Below, in pieces: positions 36,101 to 64,000 of a DNA stretch of 64,000 nucleotides; positions within the stretch are counted from its first letter, which is position 1, and each line of letters starts with the position of its first letter. The translations under genes were made by a program, and so were the position numbers. The stretch is from Tubiluchus corallicola (taxonomy: Eukaryota; Animalia; Priapulida), in the NCBI GenBank assembly GCA_030141605.1, contig JAQGDQ010000832.1, positions 1-64,000 of the forward strand, read 5' to 3'. A model generated the notes under the pieces. It was not told the DNA's origin. It was given only the letters and a program-made list of their open reading frames with translations, and ran no database searches.

Positions 36101-38013
36101 GCATTTCTTTGCAAGATCTGTTTAATTTTATTGCATCACACACAACCATTTTATATAACAAACTTGCACATTTCAGCTTTATGAAAGAAACTGACTATTT
36201 ATGTCAAGATAGTTATTCAGTACTTATCACTCATTGCACAATTATTAAATGCAGTAAGTGAACAACTTTATAAAAAGTTGTTGTTTGTGGAATTGCGAAA
36301 GTGGCCTCTGATGACTGTAGAGAAACATATGGAATGCGTTAATATCATCATCAGCTACTGTATATCAACTAAACTGTCAACTGCTATCTTAATCACTTTT
36401 TATTGTAAATGAGCATTTGAGTTATTAATATTTAAGATTCCTACTCTTATAATTCATCATGTTTGGCACATTTATCTGTTTCTATGTTAAAAGTTGCTGA
36501 TTATTATTATTATTGCCGACAATGTATTTTTGTCTTACACCCTTAGTTTGTTGAATTTTGCAGCATCACTGCAGAAAATGCGGTAAAGCAATATGTGATA
36601 AATGTAGTGGCAAACGGACGAAGTATCCAGTAATGGGCTATGAGTTTGATGTTCGAGTCTGTGATGATTGTTATGATACAATTACTGATGAAGAGTAAGT
36701 TTTACTTAATGCACTTTAGTAAGTAAATATGGCTTTATGGATAGAAAAACTATTTATTATGTAAATATAAATAAATAGATAAAGAATATTGATAAATCAA
36801 GTGAGGATTTGAACCTGTTACAGGATTAGTCTTGCTCGTAATGCTAAGTTGCATTATTGCTCTATTGTAAAGCAGAACCACTGTCTTTGGCAGCGGATTT
36901 AATTATACATTCAGTGGCCTTAGTGTTTGTCTTATGTGTCTTCATCTTGTATATATATGTAACAAGATGTAAACTTGGTTGATTTTTACTTGTCCAGTCC
37001 TTTGTTACAATTAGTAATTGTGAAAATTTGGAAATAATTATTCACAGAAAAATTTTGACACACGAATGCTGTTTTCTAGCCGAGTGAATCTAGCTCTTTT
37101 CTGTGATGCCAAGCACCATATAGTCTGTATGAACTTGGATGTAACTTCAGGAAGATTGGTAACAGCTGGTACAGACAGAATTATCAAGGTGAGGCAAACA
37201 AGTGGTGGTAAATTTGCATGTAAAGTTTATGGTAGCACATTTATGGTAAAATGTTTTAGTCATGCACCAAGTCTGATTCCCTAGAATGTTCTCTAATGAA
37301 ACTATCAACAAAAAGCAGTGCTTTGATCAACACAATAAAACTGTAAAATAGGAGACATTTCAACTAGCGTGATATTCCGATTATATCTGGTCGAAAGTTC
37401 TAAATGTGGAAATCAACTGGGATTTCAGTACATCTTCTACATAGTGAAACTCACTAAGCACTAATTTGATAAAACTAACAACTGGATATGGCACGTCGGT
37501 ATCGAAAACTCATCATCTAACGAGTTCTAAAATAAAATATTCTCTGAATAAATTGGAAAAACAGTGTGTACCTGCAGACTTTTTTTGTTCAACAGAGAAG
37601 TATTGATCGTAGAATAGTTACAGTTCTTTAAAGTTTGCAGGTCTAGAAAAGAGATCACAGTTAATGCTGGTAAGCACTGAGATGATGATAAGTGTTGCTA
37701 CTACTCAGCATCTCATTTTTTCTCACTCATTTCAGAAATAGTATGAGCATTATCAAAAATCATTAATCTTGGGATATTCATAAAAACATTGCCTGTAGGT
37801 ATATTGATTTCTTTTTTAAACCCGGTGAAAATTGTAAAGCAGCACTGTAGCAGGCTTCTGAGCTCGCAATATTGTCCCACTGGGTTCCTTGATAATAGTG
37901 AAACATGATTTCTTTTTATTCAATTCTAATTGTGCAGTTTGTCCATAACAAAATGTAATTTGTTTTGATGGTTTTAGGTTTGGGATGTTTCACGTTTAGG
38001 ACCAAGCAGATGA
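27199..38013 (+). CDS. WDFY2: WD repeat and FYVE domain-containing protein (WDFY1/2 family; spliced, 12 exons, ~405 aa)
   Basis: Exons 27199-27344, 28667-28734, 28892-28965, 29917-29971, 30090-30240, 32778-32890, 33724-33850, 35084-35189, 35634-35735, 36564-36694, 37080-37188 and 37978-38013. Translation starts MAAEI and includes [31 protein letters not shown] and the FYVE region [15 protein letters not shown]...[17 protein letters not shown]...VRVCDDC. Confidence 0.95.
27938..28267. mobile_element. hAT MITE (TAGGGTTGCCAG ends, GGACA subterminal motifs)
   Basis: TIR tagggttgccag / ctggcaaccata. Perfect 8-bp TSD gtttaaga at 27930-27937 and 28268-28275. Confidence 0.9.
29167..29212. repeat. 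(GT)n-(GTGC)n compound microsatellite
   Basis: Directly visible. Followed by a short TA run and a Tigger end. Confidence 0.9.
29228..29690 (-). mobile_element. Tigger/pogo family A end plus transposase C-terminal relic
   Basis: The terminal sequence matches the reverse complement of 4675-4812. ORF 29451-29663 (-) contains [18 protein letters not shown], the pogo-type W..V....I.NCF motif. Confidence 0.75.
30241..32777 (+). other. U12-type (minor spliceosome) GT-AG intron, WDFY intron 5
   Basis: The 5' splice site is GTATCCTTT at 30241. The branch site CCTTAAC lies at 32761-32767, 10 nt before the intron end (AG at 32776-32777), with no polypyrimidine tract. The phase-2 junction restores ALE|[12 protein letters not shown]. 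Confidence 0.92.
30311..32648 (+). mobile_element. Decayed hAT transposon inside the U12 intron
   Basis: Ends ggtattgggtag ... taaccccacactg. TSD tttctaag (30303-30310) / tttataag (32649-32656). A relic at ~32040-32210 reads IDSYLE...LLKL...[22 protein letters not shown], resembling the hAT C-terminal dimerisation motif. Confidence 0.7.
34098..34490 (+). repeat. Dispersed repeat, copy 2 of 22533-22905
   Basis: Colinear matches as listed for copy 1. Confidence 0.85.
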
Positions 38014-41000
38014 AGAGCTGAGAGTGAAAAAAAATTCCTATTTATGCTGTACCTTAACTCCAAATGCACACTTTTGCTTACAATGAAAATGGAATGCAAG
38101 CGATAAAAAATATGTGCTTTGAGCATTCTACTCGTAAATCATTTTACTTAATTTAACATTACTACGCATACTGTACATGTTTCATGATATTTAACTTTTA
38201 CAAAATCATGTAGGTTTTCAACTTGTACATATAGTACCATACACTGATTTTAATTATTAGTGGTCGAAATTATTATTTTTTAATTTTTTTTTGCAAAATG
38301 AAAAAGCCTATGAATTGTTTTATTTATATAATTTTTGTAACTCACCAAATACAGAGTAACATATTTTGTTTCATGTGTCTATAATAGTCACAATATTTAA
38401 GTCTTTTGCTAGACGTACTGAAATGAAAATTATAGTTTAGTAATAAATCTTTATATACTTTTAAATCCATAAACTTATTAGTTTTGCTTTATATAAACAT
38501 TGGAAAAAAGTAACAAAAAGTACATAGTTTATCTTGGTGTAGATAATTGATTTTATATATTGCGAAGCAAAGTAGTTGCAGATGTTTTTGTTAATTTTCT
38601 TTGGATATCAGTCTGACATTTGTGTGCTAAACTAGATAATATATAAAAAATTTTGCGTTATGCTGGTTTTTGTATGATTCAAAATTTTTGATAATTTTTA
38701 TTGCATTGATTGACTTAAGATGTGTTAAGTGGATACATTCCATATCTTAGAAATGAAACTGTAAAGTATAAGTGCAAAATCGTAAACCTGGTAATGTTGT
38801 AGTAGTCCTTACTCTACATTGTTAGTTTATTCTGTTGTTAAATATATCTGTAAACTTCCTGAGGTGCTCATTGGTAAACAATGTTGGCAAATCATAAAGT
38901 ACTGCTGTTAGCTCAATTCTAGCAGTGGCATGAGATTCAGATGTTGAATTTTGCACAAACAACGGTTGTATAAAAGTTATGGTAAGTAATTCTTGAAATC
39001 TGGACATTCGACTTGAACAGTCTGCGGCTGTAACTGATATTCATGTTTGGGCACTGGTATGCCAGCAAGTTTTTACAATCGGGCTGTTTAATGAAGTGCA
39101 ACATTTAATTACAACTAAATAATTTATTCATCATTTCCAGGCAAGCTCTATGTGACATTGAATATTCAAGTTCACCGTGAATAGAAATAATTGTGCTTAC
39201 ACAGTGTTTTGCGCAGTTTTATTACATTCTCAAAGCTTCATTTCAGATGTTTTCTATATGTAATAAAAAGCAGTTGATCTGTAAAGAGTTTAGAGCATGC
39301 AGATGATTCATTTTTTATCATTGTTTAGTAAACATTGTAAACAATAACTATGATTGTTATTATTAAATTATAATATAAATTTGTACATAATTTTATGTAG
39401 TTGGTTCAGTACTGCTTTTTAAAATGACATGAAGGTTTTCATGTTTGAAAATGGCTAATATGTTAAATTTAAAACTGCCCAGAAAAAATTTGTTTCTATA
39501 AAACAATATCAAAGCTTTTTTCAATATGTACTGTAACAGGCTTCATCACGTACGGAACTAGTTATGAAAATATGAAAATTTGAAACTGCGTCTTTTTCAT
39601 GACACCCTATATTAGTGCTCGGAAACATACTCGACTAAATACTAGGCATTATTTATTTATTTTTACATCGTACATAATAAAGATATAAACTAGATCTTAT
39701 TATCATTTTATAGCATTTTGTGCTTTGAATTTTTGATCAAGTACTCGGGATTTCACAGTTTTTTATGTAAATAAAATTAATCAGCATTTTTAACTACGTA
39801 CCTAACAATTATGTATCTCAAGAATTTGATGTCCCAAAATCAACAAATTAATGCAATCTATTTGTATTTCCCTTCTCAATAAAACTACATGTTAGAAACT
39901 TTTTATTACTTCAGTATTTTTCATATTGCTTTAGTAATGACCAGCAGCACTGTGTAATTCATTTATGTTATCATATGGCATTGTGCAAGTTGCACTTTTT
40001 TGGAGAAATTTGTAAAGGGAAATGTTTTAAATAAGTCTTATGCTATTTGAAAATGCAATGTGAACTATATAATTATTACGATTATGTAGATGACTGCTTA
40101 TCTAACAGCATATTGCAAGCACTTCCTACCTATTTGCCTGGTTTTACACATTCATTATTTTTCAAACAATTCAATCTCGAATAACAAGACCACAGTAAAA
40201 TAAAAATAACTAGAACATATGTAGTAAACAAACATTTAATTTCAGACAATAAAGAGTTGTGCTTAAAAGAAAAAGTGTCATTACTATAGTTAAATATTAT
40301 AAAACACTGAATTACAGTTACACGTGGAACATAGTAGAGATAAATGTAGAAACAAACAAGCTTTCACATATAGATTGCACTTCTTCTAGACTTATTTGCA
40401 TAAATACCGGTATTTTAATCTTTGGGAAACCATTACCAAAAATCCTAAATTGCACTAATACAAAACAAATCACCTTGGAAGAAACAGACATAACATAATT
40501 TATTCAAGATTGCGAGTACTTAAATATGGCAAAAATTGCGTTTTGTGCTTCACCACAAAATGTAAACAATTTAAAAGACAAGATTTCCTTTTACACTGGA
40601 ACATGATAAACAGAATATAAATAATATGACAAACTGAAGGTAATAGGGAAATTATTATTGTTCTGCAGCATATTTTTGGAAAAGTTGGAAAAGGGACAGT
40701 GAAACTGCAGTTTATTACATTTAAATAAAACAAAATTGCTGAAAAGCTCTTGCTAAATGTCAGATATTTATATGCTTTATACTAGTTGTAAATGGTAAAA
40801 AAATCTGCAACAAACTGTCTCGTGCAAACCACCTCAAACAAAATTAGCCTCCACAGAGCAATTTTTGTACATACCAACGCAGGTAACCTCAAGTAAACAA
40901 TAATTATTTTTATTGGTCTGCTACAGACTTTTATGCCAAGTCTCACATGAGAACTGGATGAGTTTGCCTGAGACAGAAAACTGAGTATGTTTAATAAAAT

Positions 41001-43545
41001 CTGTGCAAAAATTTTGGTAAAACAGTATTTACTGAGCCTGCAGACAAGCAAAAATGTCAAACAAGCTGTTGCAGATAGATTTTGCATCCTGTACTAAACA
41101 AAGAAAAAAGGGGGTACCATGCTGCATTTATAGTCTCTTCACAATGAACACATTCATGCAGCTAAACACTCATTCAGCTGATTTGCTTAATCTCAGCATG
41201 ATTACGGGCATAGTTATTAAAGCTGATCAGAATAACTACAAGATTATATTTTAAAAATCAATAGGTTTTTCAATGCTACTTCAGTTCTGCATATCTATAT
41301 TTTATGACACTTGAAAGACACAAAAATATACAAAACTAGTAGCAGCTGTAAAACTGATATCACATTTAACACACATCACACAAACACTGTTATACTGTAT
41401 CACATTTCCCATAACTAAACATTTATTGTTCTAAACATAGGTTAGTATCAATATTTAAGATGATCACCTCTTCCAGAGTTTCTACATTACCATAAAACAA
41501 ACACTTTACGAGACTGAAATGTTTGTCTACCTTTACCACGCTTACAAAAGGCATGAATCAATGTATAAATGAGTGAAAAATAAATGAATAAATACACAAA
41601 TTAATAACTGAATAACTCAATGCACTAATAAAAAAACAGATGAATGAATCATGAAAACAATTAGCAATTCGTACGCTGAATGCGCTTCGCATATCCTAAA
41701 AAATGTTCATTCAATGAATTATATGAAGAAAATTAACTGACATGTGCTCAACGTAACACTGCCACAGGAAATAACAGTACCATATTGGAACAGCATGTAA
41801 TGTGTGTTGTGTGTTTATTGTGATAACCAATTTAACTGTAAGCAGCTATTTCAAACTAATCACAAGAAAAGGTGAAGACTAGAAATAATTATAATCAACA
41901 AGAAAAAATGGGTGGACATGAGAAATATGACAATATTATACTCAAACAGCTGGCAGCCATTAAAATGAAGACTAGATCCAGAGAATAATCACAAGTACAA
42001 CATTCCTGCTTTTAAATTCCAGATGGCAATTTGCTATCAAGAACACAGGCCATTAGAAAGTTACTTATTATATTCATCAAGAAATGGAAATAGATAATAA
42101 CGGAAAAATACAATAATCGACTGTAACTGATTGGTTAATGTTTGGGTAGATAAAAGTAACAAATATACGTTGTATCCAACAACTGGAAGTTTGCAATGGC
42201 TGATTACACAACGAGTGCAAATAGTTTGCAAGTGAACGATAAAAGTTAATTGACAAACATTAAACGTTAAAATGCAATGTGTTTACAACTAATGCTATTC
42301 TACTTCCTGAGTCATGTTAAAAAAATAACATCATGGAAGATTATAATTGTTGAAGACTAATGTTATTATAAGACACTTAAATTAATAAGTACAGTAACAA
42401 TGCGCACAGTGACACTGTCCAACATGCCACTCTGTCTCATGAAGCAATGCCGTGCATATATTGTAACTTAGGAAATACTTTTTCTTCATTAGGATATTCC
42501 AAGACTTCTTAATGCTGACTTTTACAATTAAAGATCTGTACGAAATAATGAAACGTGCCATCACTACTGCAAAGATGACTGATTTCTTATTATTACTATG
42601 ACACAACTAATACATGCATTTCTCCCACTTCCCTGCACAATTCTATACCAACTTATTACATAAACTATATATATTATATCTTGATTATATAGTGAAATGT
42701 CTCTTACATAGGCCGCAACTCATAACTTACTGCAACAGCGCTTTGTCTCTTACGTATGTTGTGCAGTGAAATACAGTAACAAGTCAAACACGACAAATGT
42801 AGAAATGCTAAGCTTCCACAAAGAAGAGTAATAAACCTATGCACCTGCATCCTGTAAATTATCATCATTTATCATAGTACTAATACAAGTGATAATTCAA
42901 AATAGTTAGCACATAAATATTTGGGCAAACTACTAAAAAGTTTACTTTATTCATTTAAAAGTGATAATTCAAATGCAAACTAATTAAAGCTGCAATGTGT
43001 TCCCATCTTCCCAGAAGAGTAGATACAAGTAATTTTGCATGAAATGTGATAAGTTTTTGATATAGCAGGATTAACGAACCAGTAAAATGACCATGCTCTG
43101 ACGAGGATAATGAAAATAGAAAATTACTAAAAATGAGTATTGTTTTATCAAGTACTAATTAACACAGCACTAAACTGGAACCAATACGAATGTAACAGGT
43201 AAGTGAAGAAACAGAGAACAAGAAGAAGCATGGTTACTGTGGTGCAACATTTTTTCTTTTCTTCAAACAGCAGCAATGATTCACATTGAAAACCGGGAGT
43301 AGGCATATTATCCATACATAATAGTAAGAAATAAGTGAGTCTTCCTTCATACAAATACCAAATGAAAACTGCTATCATTCATTCAAAAATTTGCTTACGC
43401 ATTATTTCATAGTTACCAGAGCTATAGCACTTAACTGACTACCTAATAAATTAAAAAAAAATAACTTGTCATATGTCGGATACTTAAAAAAAGTGTCATA
43501 TACTTGTTCGTAACGGCAATTTTAAAATGAGTTCTAGTAAAGGAG

Positions 43546-59233
<15,688 letters not shown>

Positions 59234-61864
59234 TTATATCAGGTAAATTTTATTATTCTGACTGATACTAATAAATTGTTCAGCAGCTCATAAATAATTC
59301 CATTAGTAGAAATCTGAAAGCATTCAAAAGACATACTAAGCACAATTTGTACAAAACACAGCAGCAGTGCACAAATAATTTACGAAAATTTATAATTACC
59401 TTAGAAATGTCACAGTTTAATATCATTCAATCAGTAAATGCCTTATGAAGTAAATAAAAAAAGTTCAGGAAAACTCATTAATAAATATTGCTATTTTTGC
59501 CCTCCAATGATTTTAAGAAATGTAGTAGCCAACTGCCATACATAGTAACCTAATTTACTAGTGATATGGTACAGAACTTTGGATGAGCAAATAAAATCTG
59601 CACAGTCCGATAGAAAAATGTCGACACAAGACAAATACTGCCTGCAACTAGCAATGACTTCAGCACTACTATCCTTTATACGCTTATGAAAACGTAACAG
59701 TAACTAAATCAACAAATGTTAGCTACATGAAAGAAAACAACAAAAACCATAATAATCAGTCTTACTACGATCCTCTAAAACCAATGTATATAGCAACGTG
59801 TATAAATAAAATAGCGACTATCATACAAAGTGAGAAGAAACAGGATAATACAAGCCTTCACTGAAGCCAGTTAGATCCACAAAATTGCCACCAGCTGCAG
59901 CTTATACTGGCACATTTGTTATCTTTAAAGACATAATCATGCATACTAAACACAATAAGCGATAATTTTACTAAGAGCAAGGAAGTCCTAAAAATTTAAA
60001 AAACTACAAACAGAGTAGCCTAATAAGTCAAAGTATGCAACATTCAGGCTGCATAATCCTCTATATACATCTACATATTCTCTGAGATATTGTAAACAGC
60101 TACAACTACTTGGCAAACAATTTTGCCGCTTTAGGAACTCAATTCTTTTTCACATTTGGCTTGAAACAAGTTTCTTAACTCACAGTTTATCTAATTAGAA
60201 ATTTTTACCACCCCTCAAAGCAGGAATTTGGCCTATCTTTAAATCAAGAAATTGAACAAGTACATATTTTTAAAGGTAACAACTTATAACAGCTAATAGA
60301 TCAGTCATGAAAGCTCAAAGTTCTAAAAGAACAGACATTATTATACACGCGAACTCTTAGCTTCACTTCGTATCATCATATACTGTCTTGACAGAGATAA
60401 AAACATCAAGGTTAAGACTAAGACTTGCTACTTAAAGCATACTTGGATCTTCTCCCATTGAATCTTTCCCATCGAAATAATATTTAAATCTCGAAAGATC
60501 AGTCATATCATATATACATTCATACATGCACGCCTTTCACTCCATTAATATATGGTATTGCAAGGAACTTTTTTATTAACGGAAGGATTAACAGCTACTT
60601 AGGTCTGCTACTCTATTCATACAGTACAAACTATGGACAAAAACAGAGTAACACGTCAGAATGTCTTCGTGAATGACGTAACGCGTGAAAACCAGGTAAA
60701 CCGAAACCAGAAAGTGTTTTTGCTGGAAGCCAGCTTTGTGTTAGCATTGTTGAGAAAATTACTTATAGAATTTAGCATCCTCAAAATTTGGTGCCCTAGG
60801 TAACTGCCTAGTTTTTTCATCTAGTTTGCCCAGTGGTAAGCAGACCCTGACTAAATGTGAAGTTATTTTTTTCGGGGTTTAGTGCATGTAAGGTTGCAGT
60901 AAACTAAGAAGCGCATGCTGTATGACATTTTTTATGATAGCTGTGGCAGGACCAGAATCTAGCAGTCAAGAATATTGCTCTAAAGATGAAACAATGACAA
61001 ACAGTGAAGCTTAGCCACAATTAAATACAAGATTAAAAAAGTTCAATTTGTTCTCAGGCAAAGTACTTCTTAGTTTTATTAATTTTTCAGACTACATAGC
61101 TACACATTTTTATAGTTATACTATTAGATCTAATTTAATCTATAGGATGTTACATGAACGCGAAAAACGTTATTACTAATTATAATCCTACTAAGTCAGA
61201 AAATATTCACACAGACAGCCAAAAATTTGAGCAAGTCCCGACTCGTACAATCTCGTCCAACAAGTCAAATGGCAAGCCCGATTTCTAATTTTCCTATTTT
61301 ACACGACATCTAATAAAATTTGTCAGATTTAGCTGAATAACTTTTTGTCTGGTCATGTAAACCGATTCTTGACACTCATTCTTCTGACAGTCCGATTTTA
61401 ATATGTGAATTGGGCGTAATAACTTCATACATCACCTGTTCCGTGGCTTCCCCAATTAGTCTCTAGGCAATAATAATTTAATAATAATAATTAATATATT
61501 TAAAAACCTAAAATTTTCCATTGTGATAAACTTCTCCTTTTCAGGCTTTTGTGTTGATTAAAGCATCTACGTGAACATTTTGTCGATAGACTTTGATGTA
61601 GAGAACTCCACTACTAGACTATCACAACCAAAGCAAAAAGTTTGATTAACGTGAACACAATAGCCTAAGCGGCACACGTCATTTTGACTTTCACCTATCA
61701 GGATAGATAATTAATGTCACTAATGAAATTCTTGGTCAGCAGAAATTCCAAGTAAACAAAATCACTTTAAACGTCATGGAAAATCAGCAACAACAGTTAT
61801 TACTAACTATATGAGCAATCAGTACTATTTATCAAAAAAAATATCAAAAATACCGTACATTTAC

Positions 61865-62028
61865 GCTGCAGCCATCTTTTGGCGTTCATCCAATTTGTGT
61901 AAAACACGGATGAAACCTCCACTGGGCGGAGCCACTTTATTCTAGAGAAAAAACAAGTGAACGGTTACTGACAAAGGTGAGGCAACGAAGAATAAAAGTA
62001 TTCGTGAGAACTGTACTGATTTTAGAAA
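61865..62028. promoter_or_regulatory. Putative bidirectional promoter between the ACSL 5' exon and TMEM256
   Basis: YY1-like GCCATCTT at 61871-61878 (AAGATGGC on the - strand, followed by a GTAAAT donor at 61864), CCAAT at 61890-61894 and GC box GGGCGGAGCC at 61924-61933. Confidence 0.5.
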
Positions 62029-62209
62029 ATGTCTCGAAATATTGGAAGTTCTCGTCCTTGCAAAGGTGAAGTAGGTTTACTTAAAGGATGTAAATGGCTA
62101 GGACCAACTGGTGTTATGACGTTAGGATGCCCTAGCCGCTGTTTCTTTAGGATGGGCGCTGCTTCAGGTGCCGTAGCAATGATAATGGGCGCTTACGGAG
62201 CACATGGTG
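62029..62209 (+). CDS. TMEM256: TMEM256 / DUF423 family membrane protein, first coding exon (remainder not found in window)
   Basis: FFRMGAASGAVAMIMGAYGAHG matches the family's N-terminal GA.AV..GAYGAHG motif and is followed by a consensus G|GTGAGT donor at 62210. The start could be 62029 or 62116. Confidence 0.8.
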
Positions 62210-63239
62210 GTGAGTCTATTATTGTAGAATTGGAAAAACTGAGTATTGTGTTAACTGCACTGGCTTATATGCTCCACAATATTATTTTCGTAACTATGAA
62301 ATACATAGCCTAGTTTATCATTTAAATTTTATTAGCGAATACCGGCGCTATTACACTTTCGCACCTCCTTAGTTTTTTCTAGGTTACTACTCGTTTCTAA
62401 GCTCGTTGGTCATTATTCTATTAATTATTCTCACGTCATCAGTGAATGTTTTCTTACTAGTTTATGCATTATCAGGGCTTAGCTTAAAAGGCACGTGACA
62501 CACTTTTATCTTAACCGCATTTACGAAATAAAGAAAAAACCTTTGCTTTTATAATCTAATAATACTACAGTAATGAATAAAATTAATGATAAATAACTGT
62601 AGTCGTCTAAAATAATTTCCTCACATATGCCAGCTTCGGTCTGACTATACAGTGAAGAAGAAACAAAAAATTCGGGAAGTCTTTTGAAGAAAAGATAATG
62701 ATTGACACAGGACTATAATGGCATTTTAGGTTTATATACTCATTATCACCACCTTTATTGCAATGTTATTTTTATCGTTATCATCATCACTACCACTATT
62801 CTGATGCCATCGAAACAGCGAAGATACCGCGATAAATATTTTACATTAATATTTTTGAAGTAGCAAGGGAACACTGTAATACGATACAAACTCCCGTGGC
62901 TGCAACCATAATAATCATAAATTATGCAAAGAAAGTAAAAATACAGGTTAAGGACCACATACGTCACTGCGCGAGAGCGATTGCACATGAGTGGTGTAAA
63001 CACAGTTATTCACGTGGAGCTTCTTGCGTGTTGGTGACGGTAAGTAATATATGACTTTAATCTGGAATTGTAAGGCCTATAAAGCAATAATATTATGGGA
63101 ATATGGTATATATTACGCCTGTTGGTCTGCTTTCTGGCCTGCAGGCGTGAAAACAAACAATAAGCCAGAAAAAACTAGGAGGTCTGAAAGTGTAATAGCG
63201 CCGCGAATACCTTATCCAAAGGAATAAGCACGTAGATGG

Positions 63240-63960
63240 TAACTACCTGGAAAGGGTCCTCTCTCGTATGCCTTTTGAAACTGTCAACTGATTAAGCACT
63301 GAAGGTTGATGATGAAAGATGATTCCATGGTTGAACTATGTGATGCCGAAAGGAGTGTGATCTGATGTTGGTTCTAGCTGGTTGCACAAATAACTTAGAC
63401 TCATGACCACGAAGACTCTGTGAGGCCTAGAAAAAATCTGACTTTGTCAGAACAGTGTTTCCACTAATTATTTTGAAGCAGTTCACAAGGTCTAAGTTTC
63501 ACGCATTTGCTCGACACTAAAATCAAAGTGGAATCCAAATCAATAGCAAGATGAGTACATCTGTGGACGTCCTGAGTTCTTTAGAGAACATTCTTGAGAG
63601 TAACATACTGGTGTGACCATACAACCGATACATATTCCAAAATGGGTTGAACAACAGCTTTAGAGAGAGAAATAAGTACTGCTGCATTTCTTGATATCAC
63701 ACGGTTTGCTTTTGCAATGATATGGTTCACATGGGAATTCCATTCGAAGTCATGAGAAATCATTACTCCCTAGTATCTAATACAACTTTTTTCAGCCATT
63801 TCAGTATTATTTAAAAAGTAAGGTGTAATAGATTTAGGGCGTATTCTAAGTAAAACACATTTACTGTGTTTAAGGGTTATCAACCATTTGCTGCACTAGT
63901 CTAAAATTTTATCCAAGTCATGTTGTAAAATATAACAATCAAGATCGACAATATTGCCCA
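63240..63960 (-). mobile_element. CR1/L2-group LINE 3' fragment in TMEM256 intron 1
   Basis: ORF 63581-63763 reads WNSHVNHIIAKANR...VVQPILEYVSVVWS. Downstream LRGHESKLFVQPARTNIRSHSF...WNHL is similar to the 1-1680 element. Confidence 0.85.
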
Positions 63961-64000
63961 TCTTAGCAGTTGGGTCTTAATAACTATTGGGTGGCATAGA

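Noticed and set aside
37678-37715. Small hairpin with ATGATGA as a snoRNA or miRNA candidate
   Set aside because: The stem is only ~11 bp, with no properly placed D box, and is too short for a pre-miRNA.

Overview
This is AT-rich, intron-rich eukaryotic (invertebrate animal) genomic DNA, not a prokaryotic window, so most ORF-track entries are exon fragments, transposon relics or noise. Four complete spliced genes were reconstructed by hand from GT-AG boundaries and reading-frame phase. On the + strand are an MBLAC1-like metallo-beta-lactamase (2197-6998, 6 coding exons, ~223 aa), PINCH/LIMS with five LIM domains (8891-24159, 10 coding exons, ~332 aa) and a WDFY1/2 WD40-FYVE protein (27199-38013, 12 exons, ~405 aa). 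On the - strand is an ACSL3/4 long-chain acyl-CoA synthetase (59233-43546, 15 coding exons, ~711 aa). The first exon of a TMEM256/DUF423 gene (62029-62209, +) lies head-to-head with ACSL. Introns are filled with decayed CR1/L2, RTE and I-group LINEs, Tigger/pogo and hAT DNA transposons, MITEs and microsatellites. The most notable features are: (1) a minor-spliceosome (U12) GT-AG intron in WDFY that is ~92% occupied by a hAT relic; (2) no obvious first exon or promoter between MBLAC1 and PINCH; (3) an AUGA-overlapping uORF pair in the PINCH leader; (4) an E-box/CLEAR-like cluster at the WDFY start; and (5) a compact putative bidirectional ACSL/TMEM256 promoter. I found no evidence of a wholly new biological system. 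All gene models come from the sequence alone and are untested by RNA data.
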